The notes beneath the pieces were generated by a model that had not been told where the DNA came from, made no database searches, and saw only the letters and a program-made list of their open reading frames with translations. This document shows positions 5,786 to 5,828 of a stretch of DNA of 5,828 nt, piece after piece. Each line of letters begins with the position of its first letter. Position 1 is the stretch's first letter. Origin of the DNA: Fonticula alba ATCC 38817. Its lineage: Eukaryota > Protista > Nucleariida. The position numbers and the translations under genes were made by a program. The stretch lies in NCBI GenBank assembly GCA_000388065.2, contig KK198106.1; one strand, given 5' to 3'.

Positions 5786-5828
5786 GTGTGGTGTGTAGTA
5801 TTGCTTAATGTTTAGGAATTGTTGGTTT

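Noticed and set aside
5530-5828. Large inverted repeat centred on the skew flip
   Set aside because: The reverse complement of 5720-5828 resembles the left flank only in composition; I found no alignable match by eye.
5111-5828. CRISPR array or satellite in the spacer
   Set aside because: No regular repeat-spacer structure; only low-complexity A/C sequence and one 9-bp tandem duplication.

Overview
AT-rich organellar DNA, most likely mitochondrial DNA of a protist (inferred from gene content and divergence; the lineage cannot be fixed from this window). The + strand carries seven tightly overlapping or abutting ORFs: rps11 with a ~215-aa basic N-terminal extension, rpl14, rpl5, rps14 (GTG start), rpl6, and two unidentified ORFs with predicted membrane segments (140 and 621 aa). 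rps8 is absent from its usual slot. A ~550-bp almost G-free non-coding tract follows. Two signals stand out. (1) A 57-nt minus-strand tRNA-like element (5657-5713) has perfect acceptor, D and T arms but no anticodon arm. (2) Strand skew forms a sawtooth: G/T-rich at the start, drifting to extremely A/C-rich by ~5650, then flipping abruptly back to G/T-rich at that element, although all genes lie on one strand. Together these suggest, as an inference only, a small replicon or inter-origin segment whose origin or processing site is marked by an anticodon-less tRNA. A hairpin inside ORF140 has arms that match the element's 5' end.
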